A DNA stretch of 63,336 bases, filler included, from Olpidium bornovanus S191 (GCA_017911155.1; 32 parts of 32 records of this genome joined end to end with filler, not necessarily neighbours in it), one strand, 5' to 3'. Shown: positions 34,333-48,029, counted from the whole stretch's first letter. Numbers and translations are program-made. Notes: a model not told the origin generated them from the sequence alone.

Positions 34333-34432
34333 NNNNNNNNNNNNNNNNNNNNNNNNNNNNNNNNNNNNNNNNNNNNTTAATTAATTAANNNNNNNNNNNN
34401 NNNNNNNNNNNNNNNNNNNNNNNNNNNNNNNN

Positions 34433-34463
<31 letters not shown>

Positions 34464-34858
34464 CCGAGTACGGTTCGGACGAACGTCCTCCCGCGTCCCC
34501 ATGGCAACCGCCCGCGCCCCGTCCGTCCGGGGAAACCCCGCGAGCCGGGGTCGGAAATGAGAGGGCCGAGGAAAATGACCGAAAAAAAAAAGCCCTCTTT
34601 GCTCGCGCGCCTCTTCCTGCCTCTTCGCCCTCGCTTCCGTCCGAGGCGGCCGTGTCGCGCTTTCTCCGAGGGGAACGCCGCCGGGAACGCACGTTCTGCG
34701 GGCGGGCGGCGGGCACGTCGGCGCCCCCGCGCGCGCGTGGAAGGAAAAAAGAGGGCCGCCCCGCTGCGCTCGGCGTGCCGCCCGCCGCCGGTTGAATCCT
34801 CCCGCTCTACGTCCCCGCGTGGTTGTTACGCCGGGGGCGAGGGGAGGACGTTCGTGAA

Positions 34859-35882
34859 ATGGAGAGGCCGGCCGGGCGGCCGAAGACGACGCCGGCAGCT
34901 TCGAAAAAACCAGGAGCCGCCGCCCGGGGCGACCCTGGAGACGTGCCGCCGCCGCCGCCGCGGTCGGCGTCGGTCAGGCCCGGAGGGCCGCAGCAGCTGT
35001 CCAAAAAGGTCCGCGACGTGACGAATCGGCTGTCGGCGGTGCCCAAGTGCAAGGAGCGGCGGCGCGGCGGCGGCGGCTCCGCGCCGCTGCCCCCGCATCC
35101 CCGCAACGCCATGGGGGAGTACGTCCCGCAGAAGGACCGCCCACCGCTGTCCGCCATGGCCTTCCCCCCCCCCGGCCCGCTGGACTACAACGCCGCCTTG
35201 CCGCCCGCCGGCCAGCACTACTCGATTCTCGGGAAGCACGCCGACGGCAAGCACGACGGCGGCATCGGGCCCGGGCCCGCGAAGTACAACGTCCGTTCGG
35301 AGCACGGCCAGGGCGCGGGGTTCAGCATCGCCAGGCGGCTTCCGAGGCGCGAGTTGAAGATAGGTACAAATCCTCGCGTACTCTTCTTTTTTCGGAAAGC
35401 CACCCCGGCGCGCCCGATTCGTCTTTTGCTTCTCGTTTTCAGTCGAATCGTTTGTCGTTTTTCGTTTTTCGTCGGCGATCCGGCTCTCGTTATTGGTTCC
35501 GACTTTCTCCAGACCATCTGACGCTCCGTGGCGTCCGTGGCCGCGCGGCCTTCTGCAGGAGCCGATTCTCCGGGACCGGCTGTCTACAACGTCGCGTGGG
35601 CCGGGGTAGGGACCGAGAGCACTTCGGCGGTCGTATCCGTCCGACATCCCGAACCAGGTATAAAAAAAAAACAAAAACAAAACCAAATGTCCTTCTTTTG
35701 GGTTGCCGAAAGCGTAAAGTCGCAAAACGCGGGACCGGTGCAGAAAACCGGGAAAGAAATCTCTCCATCTGAGATGCCGTCGTGCACCGGGGAAAACAGA
35801 ATCCCAAGTTCCCGGACCTGATAAGTACACCATACCCTCGCCGCTGGGAAATCCGCCGGCTTACACGATGGGCCACCGCATG
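34859..35882 (+). CDS. SHIPPO/STPG (PGP-x-x-Y) repeat protein, ODF3/CIMAP1-like axonemal protein, 3' partial
   Basis: Exons 34859-35363, 35559-35657 and 35800->35882 hold four repeats: PPPGPLDY, IGPGPAKY, SPGPAVY and VPGPDKY. Confidence 0.75.
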
Positions 35883-35982
35883 NNNNNNNNNNNNNNNNNN
35901 NNNNNNNNNNNNNNNNNNNNNNNNNNTTAATTAATTAANNNNNNNNNNNNNNNNNNNNNNNNNNNNNNNNNNNNNNNNNNNN

Positions 35983-37046
35983 ACGATCTCCATCCGCGAA
36001 AAAGGACGCCGAGAACCTCTTCAAGCTTCCTGCGCTGGCCGGCGGTGAATTGCGGTAACCGCCCGAGGACATCGTCCACAGAGGGCAGCTCAAGCACCGC
36101 ATGTTCCCGGCTTGTACCTTCGGCCTTGTTCGGTGCCCCGCGAACAGTAACTGCGTTACGCCGCGCAGTGAACATGTCGGTCAATCGCCTGTCATGGCCT
36201 CACACGCAAAACGTTATATGCATTCCTGAGCCTAACCAACAGCTTCAGCCCCAGTGGACACAAACGGGGATGCCGGAACGAGCACCGACACACGGAACAG
36301 CAGATCGGCGACGGCATCCAGTTCGCGTTGCAGCTCAGATGTCTCTGCCACTATCCTGTCAATATTTCCACGGAAGCCACTCGACGTTCGTATATGCTGT
36401 AACTCTGCGGCGGCCATTCGCAGCCTGCCGTACAAAGACCGTAGACGTGACTCCAGCATCGCCACCATGCGCAGATTTAGATGCTCCGTCTTCCCTAAAC
36501 GGAGAGAAACGGAACGTAACTTGGCAATAAGACACGTGAAGAGCTGTCGTCAATAACGTAAGCAAAACGTAAAAAAAAAAACACTAACCAGAACAAATAT
36601 CCAGAAGCTTTACGGGGTTGCGTGGTCTGTCCCTCTCCAGCACCTCGGAGACCTCTTGGTCCAAACCACCGGCGTTCGCGGCAGTTGCAGGTACATCTGC
36701 TTCAACCGTTGCGACGCTCCCCACTTCTCTGGGTGCTTCGATGCTCGCGGACGGTTGCATCAATTTTCTTCGCCGTGCGGTACGTGCAGGGTCAACGAAG
36801 AGGCCCCCAAAGTGCAAATTCCGCGAGAAGCGTTCGGCTGAATCTAAGCCGCACTCGTCCGAGGCCGAGGAAGCCATGATCCCCGCGGACTTCCATAGTG
36901 GCAGCTGTCGCTGCAGCCGTGCGTTCATGCGACTCATCAATTCGCAGGCCGAACTGACAGACGGGTCGGTGTTCTCCCAGCGTCGGAAAGCGGTACGAGA
37001 CCGGGGTCGGTGTCAGAATTCCCGTCAGGAACTCGCAGAAATGCCC
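35983..37046 (-). CDS. Multi-exon coiled-coil protein fragment, unidentified
   Basis: Three protein-like segments, for example LESRLRSLYGRLRMAAAELQHIR...ETSELQRELDAVADLL, separated by intron-like A/T tracts. Confidence 0.3.
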
Positions 37047-38586
37047 NNNNNNNNNNNNNNNNNNNNNNNNNNNNNNNNNNNNNNNNNNNNTTAATTAATT
37101 AANNNNNNNNNNNNNNNNNNNNNNNNNNNNNNNNNNNNNNNNNNNNCATGTGGGCGTGCGCACGGTACGACCGGCTCCGCTAGGTGCTCCCAGTAATGGG
37201 GGTTGATCACCGTTGTTTTCCGCCTTAAGTCCTGCCGGCGACTCGAACAAATCTGCAGCAGTAGTTGCGGCAACGAGCTGAACGTATTTTGCAGTAGATC
37301 GCGTCGGAACGGTGCTGCAACTGGGAAATGTGCTGGGCGGTATGGCGAGACACCTGAGCAAATGCTTTCATTACGCTAAAAACTGTTAACCTATTATTAC
37401 TCGAAATATTATTAACAGTACTCAGATTGTGCAGCAAATACTATACGTCTAAGTAATGAAGTCGAACCGTTTGCTGAGAATGACCCACAAGAAGCTCAGC
37501 TTCCTCGTAGCGTTTCCAAGTGCGCCCTTCTCTCCTCTATTTTGCGCACACGCACACACGCACACACATGGCTGGTAAGTTTATAAAGAAACCAACCGCG
37601 ATATATATATATTTTTTCCTGTAGGGTTATCTGTGATGGTACTTGATGCGCTTCATAAACTTACAGGTAAACGGTGTTTAATTTACTCTATATCGATTCC
37701 AGGGGCAAACAGCTAGAAGCTGCACAAAACCGGGTTCTGGAGGTTAGTGGCATTCCTGACGGCATTCCTAGCGACCAACGTGTGCTTTTGGACACGTGGC
37801 GGCGGTATCTCGTGCGGGTAGTCCATGCGATTTGATCTCACGGTTGGTGGCACGCGCGTCGCCTGCCAGTGGTTTAGTGCTGAGGCAGACCCCTTCTTGC
37901 CGAGTCTCCCGCAACGGGCGAGCTGACGGTTCGTTTCCCGCGGGCTACATTTCGGCCGCTGTTTTGGAACGCTGCGTGTCGACCGTCGGACGGTCGAACG
38001 GTTGCGACGCCGGGATACATGGCCATGCCGGCGTATGGGAAGGGTGCCGGGGGCCGCTGCCGCACAATCCCCTCTACCGTGGGCCCCCCCCTCTACCCCG
38101 GCCCAACCACAAGCTCCGAGTGCGGTGACGTGGCCGGCACCTTATCGTCCTAGGGGGTCGTCCAGCGGTGAGAGGGCCGGGCGGGCGCCGGGGGGGATAG
38201 TTCCGCACGTGGGGCGTCGGGTATCGCCTTTGTTCGTCCTCCGTTTTCTCGCCGGCCCGTTGTTTCTCTGGGGGAAAGATCCCGCGTCGGCGAGCCCCAA
38301 CCCTTCTTCGTGCCCGCGCCGGCCCCGGGCGGCCCTGCGCCCGGGGGAAGAAGCCGGCGGGCTGCGCGCGCGAGAGAGACGGACGGTTGTCCGCGCTTCC
38401 CAACCGCCCCCGGCCAGACCCCTCCACCCTTCTCCCCCGGCTTCCCCTCGCGTTCTCGCGCGCGCCCGTGCTTGGGGTTTTCGTTTCGCACGGCAGCAGC
38501 CGCAGTACGACGCGAAACGGGGCCCGGCCTTCGCCCGCGAGAGACGCATCGCCGCGAAAAAAAAAAAACCCCCCCGGTCGGCCGCG

Positions 38587-39642
38587 ATGGCGCTCCCGCC
38601 CCTGGTGCCCACGAGAGGACCCCCGGACCTGCCGGTGCGCTGGTTCTACGCGGTGGATTCGCCGCGGAAGAAGGCGGCGGCGGCGTCCCCGGCGTCGTTG
38701 TCGTCAGGCGGCGGCGACGGCGACGGTTTGGCCCCGAGCTCGGCCGGCAGCAGCACCCACCGTCTCAACATCAACAACTCTCGCTCCACGTCAGATATCT
38801 CTGCGCCTTCCGCCCGGTCGCAATGCCTGTCTCCAGGCAGACGCATGCGGGCCCAGTCGTCGAACTCCTCGCCGTCCGTGGCGTCAACTCCGACGGCAAG
38901 CCCGGCCGCCAGCGTCAAGGACCCGACGTTTTGGAAGCCGTTTTCCAACCGCGACTCGGCAGCGCTCGAAGCCGCTTTCCAGAGCGGCGAGGTTGGCGCG
39001 AAGGTGCCTGTTAACGAGGACTATCTGTTCGAAGGTGAGGCGCCGGACTCCGACCGTGGATGTACGCCATAATTGCGTGACCGGTAACCCATCCACATAT
39101 CTCATCCTCATATCGTTGCCTCACAGTTGATGTAGACGCCAGAGAACTCGCCCCGGTGTTTTGGGAGGGAGCCGTCCACAACGGTAGGTTCGCCGCAGAC
39201 GGTCTGTCCGTGGCCAGCGGTCGAGTTCTGACTAGTACCTAGTGCGCCGGGGCACATGGTCTTACTCGGACGGCAGTGGCGGGGCTTGGCCGTGCGATGA
39301 GAATCTTGCCCGGCAGGTGGAAGACGGCTACAAGAAGCACGCTGCCTGGACCATCGTCGAAGACGGCCACGAGCAGGCGGACTCCGAGCACGGTGCACGA
39401 GCTGCCCGTGGGGAATTACGATGGCCACTGCTGGGGCCGTACCACGACTATTCCGCGGTCTATGTGTCGGCGACACAGGCGTGGTTTCTTTCCGACGGGA
39501 TCCTTGGCAAGCTCGCAAAGGTCATGTGGTCGAAATTGTCGCCGCAGAAGTTGGGCGCAAAGCTGCTCGTGCGTGGATACGACGAGGCTCGGAGTTTTGG
39601 CAAGACCGAGGACAAAGCGAAGAGGGCGGCTTTGGTTTTGAC
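38587..39642 (+). CDS. DDL1: DDHD-domain phospholipase A1 (Ddl1/YOR022C-like), 3' partial
   Basis: Exons 38587-39034, 39127-39183 and 39243->39642 give VRWFYAVD, WKPFSNRDSAALEAAF, VPVNEDYLFEVDVDARELAPVFW, VRRGTW and PCDENLARQVEDGY. Confidence 0.85.
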
Positions 39643-39748
39643 NNNNNNNNNNNNNNNNNNNNNNNNNNNNNNNNNNNNNNNNNNNNTTAATTAATTAANN
39701 NNNNNNNNNNNNNNNNNNNNNNNNNNNNNNNNNNNNNNNNNNAAAACC

Positions 39749-39806
<58 letters not shown>

Positions 39807-40023
39807 AAAAAAAAAGTAAAAGAAAAACGCGCACGGCCGGTCCCACAGATGGGAGAATTTAAAAAAAAAAAAAAAAAAAAAAAACTTGCAGACGTTAAGT
39901 TCCCGCCCTCGGGCTCGTCTCCTTCTTCCCTGAAATACAAACAAAACCAAATAAACCTAACAAAAACAAACAAATTAAAAAAAAACTAAAGCAGTAACCG
40001 AACAAACCGCCCGGCCCCACGAA

Positions 40024-41796
40024 ATGACGACGCTGAGCGGCAGCCCGCACGCCGCTGCTCCGGCCGCGGCCGCCGACGGAGACGCCGCCGACGCCGCCGC
40101 CGCCGGATTCCAGCAGCTGCAGCACCATCGCGCGGAGCCGCCACCGCCGCCGCCGGCGTCCTCCCTCCTCGCGTTCGCCTCGGACAACCCTTACTTTTCC
40201 GCCGGGTTCGGCCTGATCGGCGTGGGCGCCGGCCTCTCGGTGCTGCGGCAGGGCGTCTTCCACGCCGCCGGGTTCGCCAGGCGCCGGCTCCTGGTGTCCC
40301 TCGAGATCCCGTCCAAGGACAAGTCCTACTCGTGGTTCCTGCAGTGGATGTCGGCCAGGGGCTTCCGGTCGGGCTTCAGCAGCGAGCTCTCCGTGGAAAC
40401 GTCCTTCACCCAGCACGCCAACGGGTCCGCCACTGCCAACTTCAGCCTGGTGCCGGGACCAGGTACGCACTACTTCAAGTACAACGGCGTCTGGATCAAG
40501 GTCCGGGCGAAGTAGTTGCTTGGGAGGGGGGGGTTACAGGCTGGTTACATTTCTTTTTTTTTGCGTGTCGGCGGCGTCGGTTGGGGGGATATGTCAACCG
40601 CGTGCACGCTTCGGGAAGTTTGGGCGGACGACCTCGACCGGGGGGGGGGGGGGAAGGCGAGAGGGAAAAGCACTGCAGCATAACGCTCTCCGTGGCCTTG
40701 ATTCCTCTTATGCGCCTGCGACCCTCAGGTTTTGCGTCAACGAGACAATAGAATGGTCGATTTGTGTTCCGGAAGCCCGTGGGAAACCGTCGTCATGACC
40801 ACCCTCTCTCGCGACCGGCAAGTGTTCACCCGGCTGCTGGAGGAAGCCCGACAGGCGGCCCTTGAGAAAGAGGAAGGCAAGACCGTTATGTACACGTCGT
40901 GGGGCACGGAATGGCGGCCTTTCGGTCTCCCCCGGCGGAGGCGACCAATCGACTCCGTGGTTCTGGACGGCGACCTGGCCCAGGAAATTCTGCGCGACGT
41001 GCGGGATTTCCTCGCTAACGGGAAGTGGTACAACGACCGCGGTATCCCGTACCGGAGAGGCTATCTGCTGCACGGCCCGCCGGGCAGCGGAAAGAGCAGT
41101 TTCATCCACGCCCTGGCCGGCGAGCTCGGCTACAACATCTGCCTGCTAAACCTCAGCGAGCGAGGTCTTACAGACGACCGGTTAAATCACCTGTTCTCCG
41201 TTGTTCCGGAGCGGAGCCTGATCCTGCTGGAAGATATCGACGCCGCGTTTTCTAAGCGCGAGCAAACAGACAGCCAAGGGTGCGTGCCGGGAAAGAGGGA
41301 ACGCGTCTGCTTTGGGGGAATGGCACAAAAAAAAGACGCTTTTGTTTGCGCGTTTTGGAAGCGCAAATAAAAAAGCCCGCGTTTTTTTGTTTTTGTTGCG
41401 AGTCCTGAAAGCGCCCGTTTTTATACGCCGTTTTCGCTGTGCAACAGGTACCAATCATCTGTCACTTTCTCCGGCCTGTTGAACGCCCTGGACGGCGTCG
41501 CGGCTGCAGAGGAGCGGGTGATTTTCATGACAACGAACTACCCAGGCAAGCTGGATGCGGCGTTGGTCCGGCCGGGCCGGGTCGATTTCAGCGCGCACTT
41601 CGGCTACGCCACGGAGGCCCAGTCGCGCCGGATGTTCACGCGTTTCTTTTCGGGACGCGAGGAGGAGGCGGATCGTTTTGTGGCCCGCCTGGCCGGCCGC
41701 CGCGTCACCACCGCGCAACTGCAGGGCCATTTCGTCGTGCACAGGGACGACCCGGTCGGCGCTCTCGAGCACGTCGATAGCATCTTCGCAACGTAG
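40024..41796 (+). CDS. BCS1: Mitochondrial AAA chaperone Bcs1, complete, 458 aa
   Basis: Exons 40024-40500, 40729-41279 and 41448-41796 (1377 nt) give [52 protein letters not shown] and [11 protein letters not shown]. Confidence 0.97.
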
Positions 41797-41929
41797 AAAG
41801 CGGGCAATCGCATGNNNNNNNNNNNNNNNNNNNNNNNNNNNNNNNNNNNNNNNNNNNNTTAATTAATTAANNNNNNNNNNNNNNNNNNNNNNNNNNNNNN
41901 NNNNNNNNNNNNNNATCGCGGGGGGGGGT

Positions 41930-41960
<31 letters not shown>

Positions 41961-42615
41961 AGAAGCGTCGGAGAAGAAAACGGAGCCGCGTAGTTTTCCT
42001 TAGAACGCGGCCTTCCCCGGCCGAAGCCCGCCGCTGGCGTGTTCCGCCGCGTGCACCCGGGGGGGGGACGACGCGCTCGGCGCGCCTCCCCTCCCCGCGC
42101 GGAGTAAACCGCACGACTCGCGTCTCCGTCGCTTCTTCCTGCTAAACGTCCTTAGGAAATTTTCTCGCGTCGGCGAGGTTCCGAGCCGCGTGGGGCTTCG
42201 GGAAGCGCGCGCGTGGTTGCGCTTGGAGCCGCTCGCCGCTCTCTCGCGCGCAGAAGACGAGGACGAGGAGAAAAAGAGAGACGGGGAGGAGAGGGCGTGC
42301 CCTTGACTCCGCCTGTGCCGCCAGTGACACTCCTGTTGCCGCCGCCGCTGCTGCTCTCCCTCTCTCTCGCTTTCTGCCTCTCTCTTTCTCTCTTTCTCTC
42401 CCCCCCCCCCCCCCCCCCCCCCCCCCCCGCGCTTCCCCGACGTCGACGGCTCGGACTGTTACTACCCCCCGGGAAGAGGCGCCATCGAACGTCGTGGAGC
42501 CTGCTCACGGAAGGACATGTGCGCCGACGACGTTGAAAAAAAAAAAAACTTTGAAAACGAAAGGAAGGGACGCCGCAGGAACAACGACGATCAGCCCACA
42601 GTCCCCCGCCCCCCC

Positions 42616-42651
<36 letters not shown>

Positions 42652-43215
42652 TTCCCCCCCGCGCTTTCCCACCGGTCCTTGCAGATTTCGACTCCCAGCC
42701 GCGATCTGCCGGGCTTGTGTCGCAGGCCAACTCGCATGGGGTCATATCACAGGGGCGAAAAGGCGGATCAGCACTCCCTGCACCTCCGGGAGTGTGAAAA
42801 GGTGGTAATGATCGAGCGAAGACTGCCGGTCTCCAATATTTCCGCGCAAAAAAAAGTGAACCGATGCATGCAAATGCGAAAACTCCGGTGGTTCCGCTTT
42901 GCAACGCCCCGCACAATCCTCTCAACGCGCCCGCGTGCGCAACACGTGAAAATCGTGCTCTTGTCCCCCCAAAATTCTTCCCTGCCAAGTGAACGCCGTA
43001 GAGCCCGCTCACAGAAGTACATGCGCGCCGTCGACAGTGAAAAAAAAAACTGGTACCTGAAGGTGTTCCCTTCCCTTCGAAGAAGGGACGCCGCAGGAAC
43101 GACGACGATCAGCCCNNNNNNNNNNNNNNNNNNNNNNNNNNNNNNNNNNNNNNNNNNNNTTAATTAATTAANNNNNNNNNNNNNNNNNNNNNNNNNNNNN
43201 NNNNNNNNNNNNNNN

Positions 43216-44317
43216 CAACACCGGCAGTTCTCCGAGCTGCGGGCCAGAGTCCAACCCCGTGGGGGACGGCATCATCGCGGAGAAACCGAAATCGATCAGC
43301 TTGATGTTACCGGTGTCCTCCGAGTCCAGCATCATGTTCTCCAGCTTGAGATCCCTGCGAAGCGGGTTCGCCGAATCGCGCGCGGCTTTTAGAAACCCGC
43401 CTGTGTGTTTCGGCGGGGTCGCCGCCCGCCTTCTCAAGGTTTTTTTCTTTTTCTTTTTTTTTTTTTTTTTCCTGTGCTTCCTCACCGGTGAAGGAACATC
43501 CTGCTGTGGCAGTACCCGACGGCGCTGACGAGCTGCGCAAACCAGCGGCGGGCCAGCGGCTCGTCCAGCTTGCCTCTGCGCGTCAGGTGGTCGAACGCCT
43601 CCCCACCCCTCGCGAGCTCGGTGACGATGTAGATCCTGGTCTCGGTGACCACGACTTCGAGCAGCTGGGCGATGTGCGGGTGCCGCAGGCGGCGGAGCGT
43701 GTCCACTTCGTGCACGACCAGCGGCGCGTGCGTCTTTTATTTGAATTTAATTTATTTTTATTTTTATTTTTTAATAACACGGGTCAGACGGGGTTAGGGA
43801 CGCAACAAAAGTGAGTTCACGCGCCGCGGCGTGGGAGGAGGGAAAGTCCGCTCTCTCGACGCCCTCGCACTTGACACCCCGACCCCGGCAAGCAGCGTTT
43901 CCCCGAAACCCGGTTGGGGAATTCCTGACCCCTCGCCGCCGAAAGAGCCCGCGTGGTACGCTATACCTTGTCCACGATCTTGACGGCTACCTTGTTGGTT
44001 TGCGTTTCGAGGGCGTCAGGTCAGAGTTGCGTTTCGGGTGGGCCGCCCCGGCAGGCACGGGGAGGAGGAGGAGGAGGAGGCGGAGGAGGCGGAGGAGGAG
44101 GAGCAGGCAAGTTCCCCCGTCCTCCCCATCCCTCCCTTCACGCCCTCCCCCCGGGGCACCGGTTCCGACGGGCTGTCGTCTCTCCTCCCCGACCGCCGCG
44201 CGTCGGACGACGGAAAACGCGGCGCCTCGGTTTTACCTGCTGCCCGGTCAGCTGGTGAGTGGCCTGCCTGACTGTGCCGTAAGTGCCTGCAAAGGGGGGG
44301 AGTGTGTGGAGAGAGAG

Positions 44318-44355
<38 letters not shown>

Positions 44356-44624
44356 GCCAAACGCCGCGACCCCCACCAGAACACGCGACGTGACGAGGCG
44401 AACGAGCAGGCGTGGTCGTCAGCGCTTCTTTTCCCCGCCTCTGTCGATTCCCTCGTCCCCCTCCCCAGGCCATTCCTCTTTTTTCTTCCACCACCTGTCT
44501 CTTCCGCCTCCGCGCACGCACCTTGCCCGATCGTGTCACCGAGCAGGTAGCACCCGACTGTCCGCAGCTCCGATGAGGTCAACTCTTCGTAGAGCATGCG
44601 GTGATCCGGGTCCTCGTATTTCAT
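43216..44624 (-). CDS. CAMK-like (MARK/Ppk16-type) Ser/Thr kinase, 3' partial
   Basis: Exons 44624-44522, 44286-44237, 43990-43967, 43733-43486 and 43354-<43216 give TIGQGTYGTV, VAVKIVDK, LRHPHIAQLLEV and HRDLKLENMML...IKLIDFG. Confidence 0.92.
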
Positions 44625-47600
44625 GGCGTTCCGCGGCGACCTCGAAAAAGGGGGCCGATCTGGCGGGACGCGGGGTGGGGGGTTGGGGGGAGTGTAAGTG
44701 GCAGAGGGTGGGTTGCGCGCACCCCGGCTCGGGTACAGGCTTTCTTGTTTTGTCCGCCCCGCGGCGGGCCCCCGGCCCCTTCCCCCCCGCGCGCGCTTTT
44801 TGCGGATCGGGTCACCGTGCGGGGCCGGTCGTCGGGCGGTCCTCCCCCGCCCCTCACGCGCCCTCGTTTCCGCCCGCCGCCTGCGGCGGTGAGGGGTTAG
44901 GGGGGGGGGGGGGGGGGGGGGGCGGGGGGGGAGAGCCGGGGGGCGGGNNNNNNNNNNNNNNNNNNNNNNNNNNNNNNNNNNNNNNNNNNNNTTAATTAAT
45001 TAANNNNNNNNNNNNNNNNNNNNNNNNNNNNNNNNNNNNNNNNNNNNAAGAGAGATCCAGACGCGTCGTTTTCACGCGTTACCGGTCGTGTCCAAAAAAA
45101 ACCAGCCGGTTTTTCCATATGCCGCCGCGCGCCGCCGCCGCCCTGCCCGTCCCCCTCCCGCGGCGCCGCTGGGTGTACCTGTGCGTGGGGGTCGCGCTCG
45201 TCGTCGCGACGTGGGCCCTGTTTTTTCTCACGACCGTGTCGTCTGCGCTGGCCGAGCGATGAACGAGACCAGGGAGAGGACATAAAAGGGGGACGTGAAA
45301 AAGAAGGGAAAAGAAAGAACAAAAGAAGCCTAATGCGGAAAAATGAGGAGGGGGCGGGGGGTGGGGGGGAATGGGCGGGTTTGATGGTGATCCCCCGGCT
45401 CAGCTCTCTGAGGCGTCGTCGATATTGTGCACGCGCAATGAATCTAATTTAAACACCCCGTCCTCAAAAATGTAACGCCTCGAGGGGAACAAATTGTGTG
45501 TAACCTGGGTTCCTGTAGAATATTTTGTTCGGCCAGCACGCAATACAGTACAGGATTTTTTTTGACGTGCAAAGCGATTAGTGATAAGAAATTCATCTAA
45601 CTCGCAGGCACTTGATTTTAGAACAATACTCACTGGCGGCGAATTGGCCCCGCCATCGGCCCCCTCCGTCTCCGGGAGCATTTCCGAATATCTCCCCGAA
45701 CTCACCCAAGTCCGGCCTCCCATATCGACGCCGCACCCCTGCGAGTCCCATAAAACCCCGCTGTTCCTGCTGTGTGCTTGACGACAACCCCCGTCCCGAT
45801 GGTCCCCGGTGCAGCAATTTGGCCCTCGGAGCTTGCTGGCGCCAAGGGAACCCTCTCTGTCGCGTTCTCCTTCGCGGGCGGGGCCGTTTACTCTCGCCGA
45901 TACTGCGACGGGTAAAGGGCGGAAAACGCGCCTGCCCGACACGCACGTTTCCGCGGCGGTATCTGAGATGATACGGAGCGAGATTTGACGCGGAGAAGGA
46001 GATTTGAGCGGTTCAACCACGACATCATCAAGCGATTAACGATGACGGTGTGCTTTGCCCCTTGGCGGACAACACGCTTCGGAAACCGTGCTGGTGAGTT
46101 TTTGCTGTTTATTGTGCTTCTTGCAAAGGAAGCACAGGCTTGAATTCTATTTAACTGTATGTTTTTTGTGCATCAGGAAAATTTTTGTTTTCCAATATAT
46201 CTGCGGGTTTCAAAAAAATTTGTCGAGTTTTGATTTGCGGTGCATCAAATCAATGTTGCATACAACAATCGCCGTCTTCAAACAGTTGTTGCTCTGTCAA
46301 ACCAGAAAGCCGATCTTTTTTTCCTGGTCACTGGGATCTGAAAAAAAAAAAAAAAAACTATCCAAGCTTTCGTTTCCAGTGATTGAAATGGAGTTAAACT
46401 TCTCAGCAAACCGAGAAATCGGGAATGTGTGATTTGTGGATTTTATTCGTTGAGTCTAAGGTAAATGCACCATTTATGTCCAGACGCGTCCTCATACTAA
46501 ATCCCGGAGACATTTGTGACCCCCCGGTGCAAAACATCTTCGCCGTTTTTTTTTTCCGATTCAGTCCGTACAGGGCGCACCGGAACAATACAATATGCAC
46601 ACGCGTTAAAGCCAAGCATGNNNNNNNNNNNNNNNNNNNNNNNNNNNNNNNNNNNNNNNNNNNNTTAATTAATTAANNNNNNNNNNNNNNNNNNNNNNNN
46701 NNNNNNNNNNNNNNNNNNNNTCGCTTGTCACGACTATCACCTCGCATCACAACAGTTTACGACGGCCATTTATTGTGCAGGTGCTTCCTGCTCGCGCACG
46801 ACGGCGTTTTGCTGCAAAATCATGCTTTCTGAGCGCCGCCGACCACCGTCCGCAGAAATGCATTTTTCTGGCATTTTGCACCTTTATCGCGCTCTCTCTT
46901 TTTTTCTCTCGGTCATTATTGGTCAGCCCTGAAGGGTCGCCCGAACGGGCGTTCCGTAGGCGTATATGGCGAGGCGATGTTCCGGTTTTCGCTACCATTT
47001 GCGTGGGCGCATGGAGAGGCGTGATTTTTCCCCCGCCTGCGGTATCACAGACAAAGTGGAATCGCATTGCTAGGTGTCTTGCGTGCAGAATTCTAAACAA
47101 CATTACTCACAAGCTTAAGAGTTCCATTAAGGTTGATATAAAACGGCATCCGAGCCATCACGCCCTAAGATTGACGAGTCTTGTGTGCGAGCTGCCCGAC
47201 GCGTCATGCACGACAGATGACGCTGCGACATGCTCAGTCTCGCTGCTTGGCATCAAAAAATGACGCGCTTGGTGTGACTTTTTTCTCGTGATTGAGCATC
47301 CCGCACAATCAAAGTATATAAGGACCCACTCCTGCACGCACATGCATCTCCTATCAATATGCTCGGCGGAATATTGTGCAGGGGTTTCTCGGCGTAGCCG
47401 GATCGCCAGAAGGTTTCCGGTTGAAGAGTCCGAGCTTCGCTGAATGTTATATCTGTTACTGCTGGTTGCGATGCAAAACGCGGTGGAGCCGCTGACACCA
47501 TGCTCGTCCAAAAACGCGTCCCTCCGACACCGCGCGCCTTCTTCCGGCTCTAGTGGAAGTTAAAAACGGGCCCGGAAAAGCTGCAGGCATTCCTGAGTAG

Positions 47601-47803
47601 CAGCCAACAGCGCCGTGCGACGCACTAAAAGACCGACGGCCCGCGACGGCCCCGCCGCGGGCCTACTGTGCGGAAGCCCCCGGATTCCGAAGCATTCCGC
47701 GTTGGAGGCTGGCGGTACGAGGGATATCTCTGGATAGAAAGGGGACGCCTCCCGGCGCTCTGGACGCAGAACCGTGACTGCGGCGAGATGTCCACCCGCC
47801 CAG

Positions 47804-47891
47804 GGTCCCTTTCCTCACCGCCTCCAGGGCGTACTCGACTCGAAATAGGTGCCCGTCCGGCGAAAAGAACGGTGAGAGCGCGATCGCAGCT
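47804..47891 (-). pseudogene. PRE6: Proteasome alpha-4 (Pre6/PSMA7) N-terminal fragment, frameshifted
   Basis: SCDRALTV, then a +1 nt shift, then FSPDGHLFRVEYALEAVRKGT. No start codon and no intact continuation. Confidence 0.6.
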
Positions 47892-48029
47892 CTTGGGCGA
47901 AAGTTTCGACGCGAACGGTGTGGCGCCAGGCCCGCCACGGCGGGGGAGGCCCCGCTCCAAAAAAGCAATCATTCGACAGTTCTTCCCCACTCCCCTCCCA
48001 TCCCCTCCCCTCCCCAGAAATAGACTTCT

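Noticed and set aside
37700-37800. Ubiquitin-like words GKQLE and GIPSDQ
   Set aside because: They are in the wrong order for ubiquitin and there is no surrounding fold.
42740-42830. TGCACCTCCGGGAGTG resembling U1 snRNA stem-loop II
   Set aside because: No ACTTACC 5' end and no Sm site at the expected distance.
45400-46020. 206-codon minus-strand ORF
   Set aside because: No recognisable motif or clear codon bias, and overlapping frames are equally open.
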